Shown: piece after piece, positions 18,158-27,898 of the stretch | Numbering within the stretch: position 1 is the stretch's first letter | Layout: each line of letters opens with the position of its first letter | NCBI GenBank assembly: GCA_002788775.1 | Contig: PFRX01000006.1 | Span: forward strand, 5,033 to 69,032 | Reading direction: 5' to 3' | DNA: 64,000 nucleotides | DNA from: Candidatus Peregrinibacteria bacterium CG_4_9_14_0_2_um_filter_53_11 | GTDB taxonomy: Bacteria; Patescibacteriota; Gracilibacteria; UBA1369; UM-FILTER-53-11 | The notes under the pieces: generated by a model | What the model saw: only the letters and a program-made list of their open reading frames with translations | Databases searched by the model: none | Told to the model about the DNA's origin: nothing | Program-made: the position numbers and the translations under genes

Positions 18158-19948
18158 ATGTACCGTACACACACCTGTAACGATCTCACGGCGAGCGACA
18201 TTGGCACAAAGGTAACCCTCTCCGGCTGGGTACGCTCACGCCGCGACCACGGGGGCCTTATCTTCATCGACCTTCGCGACCGCTACGGCCTGACCCAAGT
18301 TGTCAGTGACCCTACCAACTCAACCGAGGTCCACCCGACCTTTGAGCAGCTCCGCTCCGAGTATGTAGTAAAAGTTACGGGAGTCGTTCGTGCTCGTCCC
18401 CAGGGAATGGCCAATCCCAGAATGCATACTGGAGAAATCGAAGTGTTGATTGATGAGGTTGAGATTCTCAATGAGTCAAAAACTCCACCCTTCGCGATTG
18501 ACTCCGACGAGCCGGTTAACGAGGAGCTGCGTCTTAAGTACCGCTACCTTGATCTTCGCCGTGACCGTCTTAAGCGCAACGTCGAGGTCCGCCACAAGAC
18601 GATAAAATTTATCCGAGACTTCCTCTCGGCCGAGAACTTCCTGGAGATCGAGACGCCGATTCTCATTAAGGGAACTCCTGAGGGCAGTCGTGAGTACATG
18701 GTCCCCTCCCGCCTTCATCCGGGGACGTTTTACGTTCTTCCCCAGTCGCCTCAGCAGCTCAAGCAGCTCAGTATGGTGGCCGGTCTCGACCGCTACTTTC
18801 AGATTGCCCGCTGCTTCCGTGATGAAGATCAGCGCGGAGACCGCCAGCCCGAGTTCACCCAGCTCGACCTTGAGATGTCCTTTGTAGACGAGGAGGATGT
18901 TATGGAGGTGAACGAGCGTCTGATGATCGCACTCTGCCAGGCTCTTGTTCCCGAAAAAAAACTTCTTCAGGCACCCTTCCCCCGTATGAGCTGGCACGAG
19001 GCGATGAGTCGCTACGGCTCAGACAAGCCTGATATCCGCTTTGGCATGGAGATGATGGATGGTTCCGAGCTCTTCGCCAAGAGTGAGTTTAAGGTCTTTT
19101 CCCAGACGGTCGCCAGTGGCGGCGTTGTTAAGATGCTGAAGGTGGAGGGAGGCGGAGCCCGCTTCTCTCGCAACACCATCGACGGCTTCGAGCAGATTGC
19201 CAAAACCTACGGAGCCAAGGGGCTCGCCTACGTCATTGTTGAGGCAGAGGGGCTCAAGTCGCCTATCTTGAAGTTTTTGGGGGAGGCTGAGGTCGAGGCG
19301 CTCAAGAAAGAGCTCAATCTCAAAGTCGGGGACATCGTCTTTTTTGCCGCCGACAGCTTTGAAGTAGCCTGTACCAGTTTAGGGCAGGTTCGCCTTGCTT
19401 GTGCTGATATTTTTGAGCTCCGTGATCCCAACGTCTTTGCCTTCCTCTGGGTTGTCGACTTTCCCATGTTTGAGTGGAGCAAGGAAGATCAGACGATCAG
19501 TGCCGCCCATCACCCCTTCTGCAGCATTAAGGTCGAGGATCTTCACCTGCTCGAAAGCGAGCCACTCAAGGCTCGTGCGAAGGCCTACGACTTTGTTCTC
19601 AATGGTGTCGAGGTCGGCGGAGGATCGATCAGGATTCACAAGCCCGAGATTCAGGCTAAGATTTTCGAGACCCTCGGCATCTCGGCTGAAAATGCACAAA
19701 AGCGTTTTGGTCACATGCTCGAGGCCTTTACCTACGGAGCTCCTCCTCATGGGGGAATCGCCTGGGGGCTGGACCGTCTCGTTATGATCTTCTGCAATGA
19801 GCCCAACATTCGTGAAGTTATCGTCTTCCCCAAGGATCAGAAGGCGCGCGACCTGATGCTCGACGCCCCCTCCGAACTTCCCGTTGAGCAGATCAGAGAG
19901 ATGCACATCCAGGTCATCGAGAAAGATCTCCCCTCACGAAATGCCTAG
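18158..19948 (+). CDS. aspS: Aspartyl-tRNA synthetase (bacterial type with GAD insertion)
   Basis: 596 aa with FRDEDQRGDRQPEFTQLDLE, GGGSIRIH and PPHGGIAWGLDRL. Confidence 0.95.
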   Translation: MYRTHTCNDLTASDIGTKVTLSGWVRSRRDHGGLIFIDLRDRYGLTQVVSDPTNSTEVHPTFEQLRSEYVVKVTGVVRARPQGMANPRMHTGEIEVLIDEVEILNESKTPPFAIDSDEPVNEELRLKYRYLDLRRDRLKRNVEVRHKTIKFIRDFLSAENFLEIETPILIKGTPEGSREYMVPSRLHPGTFYVLPQSPQQLKQLSMVAGLDRYFQIARCFRDEDQRGDRQPEFTQLDLEMSFVDEEDVMEVNERLMIALCQALVPEKKLLQAPFPRMSWHEAMSRYGSDKPDIRFGMEMMDGSELFAKSEFKVFSQTVASGGVVKMLKVEGGGARFSRNTIDGFEQIAKTYGAKGLAYVIVEAEGLKSPILKFLGEAEVEALKKELNLKVGDIVFFAADSFEVACTSLGQVRLACADIFELRDPNVFAFLWVVDFPMFEWSKEDQTISAAHHPFCSIKVEDLHLLESEPLKARAKAYDFVLNGVEVGGGSIRIHKPEIQAKIFETLGISAENAQKRFGHMLEAFTYGAPPHGGIAWGLDRLVMIFCNEPNIREVIVFPKDQKARDLMLDAPSELPVEQIREMHIQVIEKDLPSRNA

Positions 19949-20050
19949 TGGTTTGTCTTTGCTTGGATAGTTGTCACCGTCCGTGTCGATTGGTGCTCCC
20001 CGGGCCAGCCGGCTAACAGGAGGTAGTGGATTCCACCGGCACCCTTTTTG

Positions 20051-20059
20051 TGCTATAAT
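20051..20059 (+). promoter_or_regulatory. Extended -10 element TGCTATAAT, 9 nt before ATG 20069
   Basis: ttgTGCTATAATtaagggcagATG. Confidence 0.5.
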
Positions 20060-20068
20060 TAAGGGCAG

Positions 20069-22555
20069 ATGTTGGTCCTCCAAATTATTATTGCGCTTCT
20101 GGGTCTCGTCGCAATTTTTCTCCTCTTCTGGTGGTTTATTCGCCGTCAGGCCAACAGACGTCGCTACTTCGAGATGGCCTTTCTGCGCGTAATGATCCCC
20201 AAAAAAGAGTCAAAGGACGACCGTGAAAAAGAGGGAGGAAACTATGGCGGGGAGAAGGATTTCAAGGAGTCTATAGGTGTGATGAGCCACTTTTTTGAGG
20301 GTGTTTATGCTCTGTACGAGGGGGACCTAAAGTATAAGTTTATCGGTCAGGACTTCATCTCGCTGGAGTATGCCGTTTTTGATAACCAGATATTTTTCTA
20401 TGTCGTCGTTCCTCATCGTCTTATCTCACTTTTCGAGAAGCAGATCACCGGTTTCTATCCCGATGCCTACATCGAGCAGGTTGAGGACTACAACATCTTC
20501 AAGAAGAACTCAAAGATCGCCGCGAACTACATGAAGTTCTCGGCAGATCCTTGGCTGCCCATTAAGACCTATCAGAGACAAGGCTCGGATCCGCTCAATA
20601 CCATGGCGAACTCGCTCTCGAAGGTTGCCGGGGAGGATGCCGCTGCGATCCAGATCATGCTTCGCCCTCATCCGCCGGGATGGCAACAAAAGGGACGTAA
20701 AAAGGCGGAGGAGATTTTTAAAAATTCCGATAAAGGGGGCTTCCATTGGTGGAGTCCGCTCGCCTGGCTCGGAACGATTTTTGGCATTGGTGTAAGAGGT
20801 GCCGAGGATCTTAAGGAAAATATGGATCCCAGTAAGGGCTCGACGCGAACCACTCCTCTCACCGATGAACAGGTAAAGGCCATTGAGGAGAAGAACACCA
20901 AGGTCGGCTATGAGGCGGTTATTCGCGTCCTGGCCGCCGCCCCCACTCTGAAGCGTGCAAATGAGCATCTCGCCAATATTCGCAGCGCTTTTGGCCAGTA
21001 CTCGACTACTGATAATAACTCCTTTGCAAAGACTAAGCGCCACAGCCTCAAGGCACTCATCAAGAACTATATTCTTCGGACGATGGACCGTCCTTGGTAC
21101 CTCCGCCTTTTCACTAAGCCTATGATCTTGAGCTCCGAGGAGGTCGCCAGTCTTTACCACTTCCCCAATATTCGCTTTAACAAGGGCTCATCAATCGCCT
21201 GGCAGAACTTTAAGATCGCTCCGGCTCCTCACAACCTTCCCAAGGAAGGTCTTCTTCTTGGGCACAACGTCTTTAGGGGCGAGACTCGTGAGGTTCGCAT
21301 CAAGCGCAACGACCGGTTCCGTCACTTCTATGTCATCGGACAGACGGGTACCGGTAAGTCCTCCGTCTTGCAGGTGATGATTCGACAGGACCTAAAGAAT
21401 GGTGATGGTATCTGCGTCATCGACCCCCACGGCTCGCTCATTGAAGATGTTCTGCCCTTCATCCCGCGTGAACGTGCCGAGGATGTTATCTACTTCAACC
21501 CCGCCGACCTCGAGCGTCCGATGGGGCTCAACCTGCTTGAGGCGCATACCGATGAAGAGAAGGATATGGTGGCCCTTGATGCCATGAACATCATGATTAA
21601 GCTGTTCGATGAGGAGACCTTCGGGCCCCGTATTCAGGACTACTTCCGCAACGGCTGTCTGACTCTCATGGATGATCCCGAGGGAGGCGCCCTGACCGAT
21701 ATCGTCCGCCTTTTCACTGATGATGACTTCCAGAAGTACAAGGTCTCAAAAGTTCAGAATCCGATTGTGAAGTCGTTCTGGTTCCATCAAATGGCTAAGA
21801 CCGGAGCTCGAGAGAAGCAGGAGATGATCCCCTACTTCGCCGCTAAGTTTGGTGCATTTGTGACCAATACAATGATGCGTAACATTATCGGGCAGACCAA
21901 GTCCGCCTTCAACTTCTTCGACATTATGCAGAGCGGCAAGATCCTTCTTATGAACTTGGCGAAGGGTGAGACAGGTGAGATTAACAGTAAGCTTCTGGGT
22001 CTTATCATTGTCAGTAAGTTGCAGATGGCCGCCCTTCAGAGACAGCGTGTTCCCACTGAGGAACGTCGTGACTTCTTTATGTATATTGATGAGTTCCAGA
22101 ACTATGTCACCGACAGTATCGAAGTCATCCTCTCTGAGGCTCGTAAGTACCGCCTGGGCCTCAATATGGCTCACCAGTACCTCGCTCAGCTTGAAGGTGC
22201 TGATGCTAAGAAGGGAGCTAAGAAGGTCAGTCTTAAGGATGCCATTTTCGGTAACGTCGGTACGATCATGTCTTACAAAATCGGCGCGCAGGACGGAGAG
22301 TATATGGCAAAAGAGATGGCTCCTGTCTTCAGTGATCAGGATATGGTCAATCTGGACAAGTTTAAGGCCTGCATGAAGCTCTCGATCGACACGCAGCCGA
22401 GCCGCCCGTTCAGTATTACTCCGCTCAATCCTTACACTGAGAGTGGTGACAAGAATCTGGGAGAGGCTCTCAAGCAGCTCTCTCGCCTTAAGTATGGTCG
22501 TCCACGAGAGTATGTCGGACGTGAGATTATAAGGCGAATTGGGGCAGAAGTTTAA
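20069..22555 (+). CDS. Membrane-anchored TraD/VirD4-like (FtsK-HerA superfamily) P-loop ATPase, paralog 1
   Basis: 828 aa. N-terminal TM (LVLQIIIALLGLVAIFLLFWWF), then a ~380-aa domain of unknown function ending SSEEVASLYHFPN. Walker A VIGQTGTGKSS, Walker B FMYIDEFQNY, then EARKYRLGLNMAHQYLAQL. Confidence 0.7.
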   Translation: MLVLQIIIALLGLVAIFLLFWWFIRRQANRRRYFEMAFLRVMIPKKESKDDREKEGGNYGGEKDFKESIGVMSHFFEGVYALYEGDLKYKFIGQDFISLEYAVFDNQIFFYVVVPHRLISLFEKQITGFYPDAYIEQVEDYNIFKKNSKIAANYMKFSADPWLPIKTYQRQGSDPLNTMANSLSKVAGEDAAAIQIMLRPHPPGWQQKGRKKAEEIFKNSDKGGFHWWSPLAWLGTIFGIGVRGAEDLKENMDPSKGSTRTTPLTDEQVKAIEEKNTKVGYEAVIRVLAAAPTLKRANEHLANIRSAFGQYSTTDNNSFAKTKRHSLKALIKNYILRTMDRPWYLRLFTKPMILSSEEVASLYHFPNIRFNKGSSIAWQNFKIAPAPHNLPKEGLLLGHNVFRGETREVRIKRNDRFRHFYVIGQTGTGKSSVLQVMIRQDLKNGDGICVIDPHGSLIEDVLPFIPRERAEDVIYFNPADLERPMGLNLLEAHTDEEKDMVALDAMNIMIKLFDEETFGPRIQDYFRNGCLTLMDDPEGGALTDIVRLFTDDDFQKYKVSKVQNPIVKSFWFHQMAKTGAREKQEMIPYFAAKFGAFVTNTMMRNIIGQTKSAFNFFDIMQSGKILLMNLAKGETGEINSKLLGLIIVSKLQMAALQRQRVPTEERRDFFMYIDEFQNYVTDSIEVILSEARKYRLGLNMAHQYLAQLEGADAKKGAKKVSLKDAIFGNVGTIMSYKIGAQDGEYMAKEMAPVFSDQDMVNLDKFKACMKLSIDTQPSRPFSITPLNPYTESGDKNLGEALKQLSRLKYGRPREYVGREIIRRIGAEV

Positions 22556-22596
22556 AGTTTGGCAAGATCCGGTGGAGGACAAAGGGGTACCCGATG

Positions 22597-22605
22597 TGGT
22601 ATACT
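22597..22605 (+). promoter_or_regulatory. Extended -10 element TGGTATACT
   Basis: gaTGTGGTATACT, followed by a 36-nt A-rich leader to ATG 22642. Confidence 0.45.
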
Positions 22606-22641
22606 GTTTTGATAAAAAATCAAAAATTCTAAATAAAACGT

Positions 22642-24390
22642 ATGAGCAGTCGCACCAGTGAATACCGTGGTACCTATGGACATCATCAGCAGAGTTTCTC
22701 AGTAACAGCTCGCTATAAGCTTGTTTTTTGGCTGGCCGTCGGTCTCTTTAGTCTGTTGAGTCTTATGCCCCGTGCAGACGCTCAGTCGGCCGAGTGTGCG
22801 CCTTTTGGAGGCAGCGAGCCCCAGAGTTATCCCTGTGAACATACCTTTGTTATCTCGGCCTACTACTCACCTCTCCCCGATCAGTCGGTCTATTTTACGG
22901 GAAGTTATGCGAGTGATATCCGTCTCAACGGTAACGGTACGAACGGTGCCGATGGAACAGAAGTTTATCCCGGTATGATTGCAGCCCCTCCCGCTATCCC
23001 TTTCGGCACAAAAATGGTTGTTCCCGGTATTGGAACTGTTGCCGTACATGACCGAGGAGGAGCTATTAAGGGAAACCGTCTGGACGTCTGGATGGGTCAG
23101 GGTGAGGAGGGTCTAGCACGAGCCTTGTCCTGGGGAAAGCGTTCCGTCCGCGTTGTCGTTCTGGGCAAGGGGTCACCCGCTGAGGAGTCTGTCGAGCTTG
23201 GCTCGCTCTCGCTTGCAAGTCTTTCTCACCTCTCAAAAAAGGTCTCTGCAACCCCTGCAGCTTCAGTTGCCCCACAGTATGAGAGTCTTAAACTTGGGGA
23301 GAGCGGAGACCGTGTTCGCGAGCTCCAGTACTTCCTTAAATCTCTTAGTTACTTTGATGCTGAGCCGACAGGCTACTTTGGCCAGCAAACCTTTGATGCC
23401 GTCATGCGCCTACAGTTTGATCGCGGTATCGTAGATGATCCCGAAGATGATGGTGCGGGTGTCTTTGGCCCTCAGACACGGTCGGCATTTGACTCCGTCC
23501 TTGCAGAGCAGAAGGCTGAGGAGCTCGCCGACCTACCTACTGGTACGTATGTCCTTGGAGCTTCTGGTGAGGCGGTTTTGAGCATCCAGCGCACTATGAA
23601 CCGACTGGGCTACACCGTCCCCGAGACCGGACTCTTTGGCCCTGAGACGGAGAGGATGATTCGCCGCTTCCAGATAAATGAAGGTGTCATAACTAACTCT
23701 GCGGATTTTGGCTCGGGAGTCTTTGGTCCTAAGACTGGTGCCGCACTTAAGAGTGCACTGAGTCAGAGGTGGACTCTGGCAACTCAGCTTGTCGCCTCTG
23801 CCAACTCCGGCTCCACTGCCCGCTTTGCGACTCAGATGAAGTTGGATGACTCCTCCCCCGCCGTTCGACAGCTCCAGCTTTTCCTTCGCGATCTCAACTT
23901 CCTTCGGCTCGAGCCCACCGGTCACTATGGTAAGTCCACCGAGCATGCCGTTTTCAAGTTTCAGCAGGCCTTTGGTCTGGTTGGAGATGAGACGAGCCCT
24001 GGCGCAGGTATCGTGGGGCCCTTAACAATGGCTCGACTTAACGACCTTGCCGGTTCACAGGGCAGTCAGCAGCTGCAGATTGTGAAGACGACCGACTCAC
24101 ACGTTTTGGTGGGTGAGCGCATTCAACAAGAGCGTGTCTTTGTCGCACTCACCGAGCCACTTGCCTTCTCTGACTCACTAAAGGCGGGTGCTCGCGGCGA
24201 TGAGGTGGAAAAACTACAGTCGCTCCTTAAGAGTCTCGGCTTCTTCCCCGGCCGTGTGACTACCGACTACTTCGGAGAGGTCACCTACGACTCTCTCGTC
24301 TCTTTCCAGCGAAGTCACGGTCTTGAGCCGACCGGTGTTGTCGATCAACCTACTCGTAGGACATTTGAAAAGATCGCCAGCGGTAGCTAA
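22642..24390 (+). CDS. Secreted 3D-domain (MltA/YuiC-like) cell-wall hydrolase with tandem peptidoglycan-binding (PG_binding_1) repeats
   Basis: 582 aa. Signal/anchor helix, then a 3D-like core (SAYYSPLPDQ, GNGTNGADG, VAVHDRGGAIKGNRLDVWMG). At least four repeats follow of the type GDRVRELQYFLKSLSYFDAEPTGYFGQQT. Confidence 0.75.
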   Translation: MSSRTSEYRGTYGHHQQSFSVTARYKLVFWLAVGLFSLLSLMPRADAQSAECAPFGGSEPQSYPCEHTFVISAYYSPLPDQSVYFTGSYASDIRLNGNGTNGADGTEVYPGMIAAPPAIPFGTKMVVPGIGTVAVHDRGGAIKGNRLDVWMGQGEEGLARALSWGKRSVRVVVLGKGSPAEESVELGSLSLASLSHLSKKVSATPAASVAPQYESLKLGESGDRVRELQYFLKSLSYFDAEPTGYFGQQTFDAVMRLQFDRGIVDDPEDDGAGVFGPQTRSAFDSVLAEQKAEELADLPTGTYVLGASGEAVLSIQRTMNRLGYTVPETGLFGPETERMIRRFQINEGVITNSADFGSGVFGPKTGAALKSALSQRWTLATQLVASANSGSTARFATQMKLDDSSPAVRQLQLFLRDLNFLRLEPTGHYGKSTEHAVFKFQQAFGLVGDETSPGAGIVGPLTMARLNDLAGSQGSQQLQIVKTTDSHVLVGERIQQERVFVALTEPLAFSDSLKAGARGDEVEKLQSLLKSLGFFPGRVTTDYFGEVTYDSLVSFQRSHGLEPTGVVDQPTRRTFEKIASGS

Positions 24391-24420
24391 AGCTGGCTGT
24401 TGCTCAGGCTTCTCCGGCGT

Positions 24421-25023
24421 TTAGATACTCCCGCCTGCGGCCTTGCTTATCTCTTCTTCCAAAGCGAAGACTCTTTTTTCTCGTTCCTGACTTACGGCGG
24501 TCTCTTCGACGGTGCGCCCATTGCGTTCTTTCCCATCACTGAGCCGTTCTTTCAGTGAGACCAGCTGGTCGTGCTTCACCCGCTTGTCTGCATAATAGAG
24601 GAGCTTTTCTTCCCATGAGCTGAATCCCTCATCAATCTGAACAAAGCTGTGCTTCTCAACAAGGTCTGCCAGCTCCGGGTAGCCCTCTTCTCTTAAGATA
24701 ACTCCCCCGGCTCGAGCGTGACTCATTCCCTCAAAACGGCGGCGGAGCTCTCTCATGACACTAATATCCTCTTCGGCAATTTGATAGCCCCAGCTCTCCG
24801 GCTGGAATGAGCGAAAGTCCACGACGCGAACGAGGTCGTGGACCAGTCCCGCTTCCTCCAGGCGCTCTATGTCAACACTGATGCCTTGTGCGTTCAGTTG
24901 TTGTCCGAGCTGACGTGCATACTCCGCTACAACTCGGCAGTGTCGCTTAACATGTTCCGGCGTGCGGTATCTGTGCCAGAGTTCTTCGATATACTTAGGT
25001 ATCTGACTCATCTGACTGAACAA
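24421..25023 (-). CDS. HD-domain phosphohydrolase
   Basis: 200 aa with HVKRHCRVVAEYA and AGLVHDLVR. Overlaps tsaE by 29 nt. Confidence 0.65.
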   Translation of the reverse strand: MFSQMSQIPKYIEELWHRYRTPEHVKRHCRVVAEYARQLGQQLNAQGISVDIERLEEAGLVHDLVRVVDFRSFQPESWGYQIAEEDISVMRELRRRFEGMSHARAGGVILREEGYPELADLVEKHSFVQIDEGFSSWEEKLLYYADKRVKHDQLVSLKERLSDGKERNGRTVEETAVSQEREKRVFALEEEISKAAGGSI

Positions 25024-25441
25024 GTGTTAGGGTGCGCTCATCATTGCTGCCGTGCACGAAATAAATATCGATTCGCTCGTGGGGGAGTGCCTCACTCACT
25101 CTCTCCGGCCACTCGATTACCACAACACCGTCATGCCGGTGGATGGCGTCTTCGACCTCTTCCTCAAGCAGGAGATCTCTTTTTTCAAGGCGGTAGCAGT
25201 CGAAGTGGTAGAGCTTTGTTCTGCCCTCGTGAATGCGCTGGTAGGTAAAGGTCGGGCTCTGAATGCGGGATTTTACTTCGAGTCCGCGGGCCAGTCCTCG
25301 TACGAAGGTCGTCTTGCCCGCGCCCAGTTCACCATGAAGAATAAGAACCTCATTTGTAAGTGTTTTCCCCAGCTCCTCTGCGAACTCCTCTGTCTCCTCA
25401 GCGCTTTTGGTCACTAGAACACGGGGGGTTTGCGGAAGCAT
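24995..25441 (-). CDS. tsaE: tRNA t6A37 biosynthesis ATPase TsaE
   Basis: 148 aa with P-loop LHGELGAGKTTFVRGLARGL, then SPTFTY and LYHFDCYRL. Confidence 0.9.
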   Translation of the reverse strand: MLPQTPRVLVTKSAEETEEFAEELGKTLTNEVLILHGELGAGKTTFVRGLARGLEVKSRIQSPTFTYQRIHEGRTKLYHFDCYRLEKRDLLLEEEVEDAIHRHDGVVVIEWPERVSEALPHERIDIYFVHGSNDERTLTLVQSDESDT

Positions 25442-25448
25442 ATTTTTG

Positions 25449-25457
25449 TGGTATAAT
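25449..25457 (+). promoter_or_regulatory. Extended -10 element TGGTATAAT
   Basis: ttTGTGGTATAAT in the divergent tsaE / M23-SLH intergenic region. Confidence 0.45.
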
Positions 25458-25514
25458 TTAGTGAAGGCCTGAGGGAAATCGCCTTAAAGGTATCAAAATT
25501 AAAACAAAACGAAA

Positions 25515-27896
25515 ATGGATGATCCACACTACTCGGAGAAACAGCCACCGGCGGGAGATGCTTGGAAAAAACATGAACTTTTCTTACTCGAGCCCAAGAC
25601 CTTCTTGATCGTCGTCGTAACCTCCGTTCTGACTCTTTTGGTGAGCTTTTTGGGTGACAACGGAGTCAGATTTTTAACGAGCGTCGTCTCCCCCGTTCCC
25701 GCTCATGCACCGTATGATGGTATGAGCCTTCCCATCAAGCAGATCCCCAACTGGGTTAAGCTCACCGAGAATGATCGCACCCTGAGTTTCAGCCAGCTCT
25801 CCGCTGAGAAGAAGCTCGCGATACCGCTCTACAACCCCGGGCACCTTGCTATTCCCACAACTTCGCTGACGTGGAACAACCCGGCCGATGATGCCATCCG
25901 CAATGAAAAGATAACCTATCCGGTCCCCTACCTCGGCAGCTACCGTCTGGATGGTATAGAAGGGGGAGGTAGCCATCCGGCCATTGATATAAAAGTGCCG
26001 GTAGGCACACCGGTTTATGCTATAGCTAACGGAACGGTTACAAAAGCCGATAACGGTAATGGCGGATTCGGTCACCATATCGTCCTTCAACATAATGACG
26101 TTCCTCGTTTTGATAACGCCTCACAGTCTACAACGTACCACTCTTCTTATAGCCATCTCTCACAGGTGAGTGTGGCGGTGGACCAGGTTGTTCGCAAGGG
26201 CGAGCTGATAGGCTACGTTGGGCAGACGGGAACGGCAACAACACCTCATCTGCACTTCCAGATTGATACGGCCGATGCTCCATGGCATCCTTACTGGCCC
26301 TTCAACACATCGGAGATGAATGCGGCCGGTTATTCCTTTTTTGAGGCCATCAGCAATGGCTTGGGACAGAGCAACGCTCGTCTGTACACGATCAACCCCT
26401 TGAGTTACGTTCAGCAGCATCTGAATGATGCGGGAACTTTTGTTGCGACGGCCGGTAGCTCGGATGCCGCCTCTCAGCCGGTCGCTCAGCCCGTCACTAC
26501 GCCAACGCCTGCTCCGGTTGCTGAGCCCGTCGTCGCTGCCGATCCTTACAAAGATATTTCTTTTGTTCTCAAGCTCCAGCAGGGCGCGGTTTACGAGCCC
26601 AACGGTTCGGCAAAGATTTATATTCAAGCTTTTGACTCGAATGGCCAGCTTCTCGCCAAGCCAACCTTTACCGATACGATTAGCCTTTCTCTCTTGAACA
26701 GCCGCGGATCACTGAGTACCATGGCCCTCAGAGCTCAGGACTTTTCTACCGGAATCGTAAGCGGTGTCCATGTTGATAACCTCTCGGCCGGTCGTGAGAA
26801 AGTTATTCTTCGCTACCGTGATCGTGAGTTCTCTTCGCCCGAGTTTGAGGTCATTGAGAAGCTTGTATCGCCCGTAAGTACCTTCGTTATTTCCAGAGAT
26901 AAGGAGTTCGTGGAGATTGGAGAGCCTGTCACCCTCACGATTCGTGCTCTCAACGCTGATCAGGCTGTTATCACCGAAGAGCTTTCGCTGGCTACTCCCG
27001 CAGATCTTGGTATGACTGCCGCCCTCGGTATCTTGAGTATGCCTCAGCTTGCCTCAGCTAATTTTGTTAACGGTCAGGCGATCGTGACCTTCACCGGCCA
27101 GCAGCCCGGCCTGACACAGTTTGTTCTTATCTATAACGGCCAGAGTTTTGCCGGCCCTAGTATTACCGTCCGCGTTCCCAACCTTCAGCGTGCTGCCGAG
27201 CAGGCCCAGGCATCTGCCGAGCGTGCAGCAGCTCTGGGTGATGCGGCCGCAGGTGCCGAAGAGCTTACCGGTGGTGCTACCGAGGCTGTTCCGGCCCCCG
27301 TCGCTGAGACTGCTGCACCTGCCGTTCCGGTAGTCGCCGAGTCGGGACCGTTCATCGATATCGACTCCCTGCATCCTTACTATAAGGAGATCAAGGCACT
27401 CAAGGAACGTGGCCTCGTCGCCGGTTACAATGACGGAACCTTCCGTCCCGACGGTCAGGTATCCCGTGCCGAGGCGATCACCTTCATTCTCCGTGCGCTC
27501 GATGAGTACGTTCGCAACGACGTTCGTGAGCTCTTCCCCGACGTTCCTCTCGACCAGTGGTATGCGAAGTTTGTGACGACCGCCTACGACCTTGGCTTTG
27601 CCAAAGGTAATCCCGACGGAACCTTCCGTCCGACAAATACGGTCAATCTGGCTGAGTTCTTCACGATGCTCTTTGTCGCCGCGAAGGCTGATGTCGATCC
27701 AAACATTATCATTCAGCTTCCCGATGGTGTAACGGCGACCGACTGGTTCGCTCCCTACATCCAGACGGCGATTACCGAAGGTGTCATCACTCTTAAGCCG
27801 GGGGAGACCCTCGATCCATCAAAACCCCTCACCCGAGGCGAGGTAGCCCAGCTCATCTACCGCCTCCGCGAGCTGATCGACGCACATAAGTTTTAG
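25515..27896 (+). CDS. Secreted M23 metallopeptidase with three C-terminal SLH (S-layer homology) domains
   Basis: 793 aa with an N-terminal TM. M23 motifs GGSHPAIDIKVPVGTPVYAIANG and GQTGTATTPHLHFQID. An Ig-like middle region and Ala/Pro linkers follow. Three SLH units begin FIDIDSLHPYYKEIKALKERGLVAGYNDGTFRPDGQVSRAEA, FPDVPLDQWYAKFVTTAYDLGFAKGNPDGTFRP and TATDWFAPYIQTAITEGV. Confidence 0.85.
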   Translation: MDDPHYSEKQPPAGDAWKKHELFLLEPKTFLIVVVTSVLTLLVSFLGDNGVRFLTSVVSPVPAHAPYDGMSLPIKQIPNWVKLTENDRTLSFSQLSAEKKLAIPLYNPGHLAIPTTSLTWNNPADDAIRNEKITYPVPYLGSYRLDGIEGGGSHPAIDIKVPVGTPVYAIANGTVTKADNGNGGFGHHIVLQHNDVPRFDNASQSTTYHSSYSHLSQVSVAVDQVVRKGELIGYVGQTGTATTPHLHFQIDTADAPWHPYWPFNTSEMNAAGYSFFEAISNGLGQSNARLYTINPLSYVQQHLNDAGTFVATAGSSDAASQPVAQPVTTPTPAPVAEPVVAADPYKDISFVLKLQQGAVYEPNGSAKIYIQAFDSNGQLLAKPTFTDTISLSLLNSRGSLSTMALRAQDFSTGIVSGVHVDNLSAGREKVILRYRDREFSSPEFEVIEKLVSPVSTFVISRDKEFVEIGEPVTLTIRALNADQAVITEELSLATPADLGMTAALGILSMPQLASANFVNGQAIVTFTGQQPGLTQFVLIYNGQSFAGPSITVRVPNLQRAAEQAQASAERAAALGDAAAGAEELTGGATEAVPAPVAETAAPAVPVVAESGPFIDIDSLHPYYKEIKALKERGLVAGYNDGTFRPDGQVSRAEAITFILRALDEYVRNDVRELFPDVPLDQWYAKFVTTAYDLGFAKGNPDGTFRPTNTVNLAEFFTMLFVAAKADVDPNIIIQLPDGVTATDWFAPYIQTAITEGVITLKPGETLDPSKPLTRGEVAQLIYRLRELIDAHKF

Positions 27897-27898
27897 GG

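Noticed and set aside
21746-22582. A 278-aa antisense ORF opposite the C-terminal part of the 20069 ATPase.
   Set aside because: The + frame carries Walker B and conserved blocks shared with the paralog at 36601. The antisense frame has no motifs.
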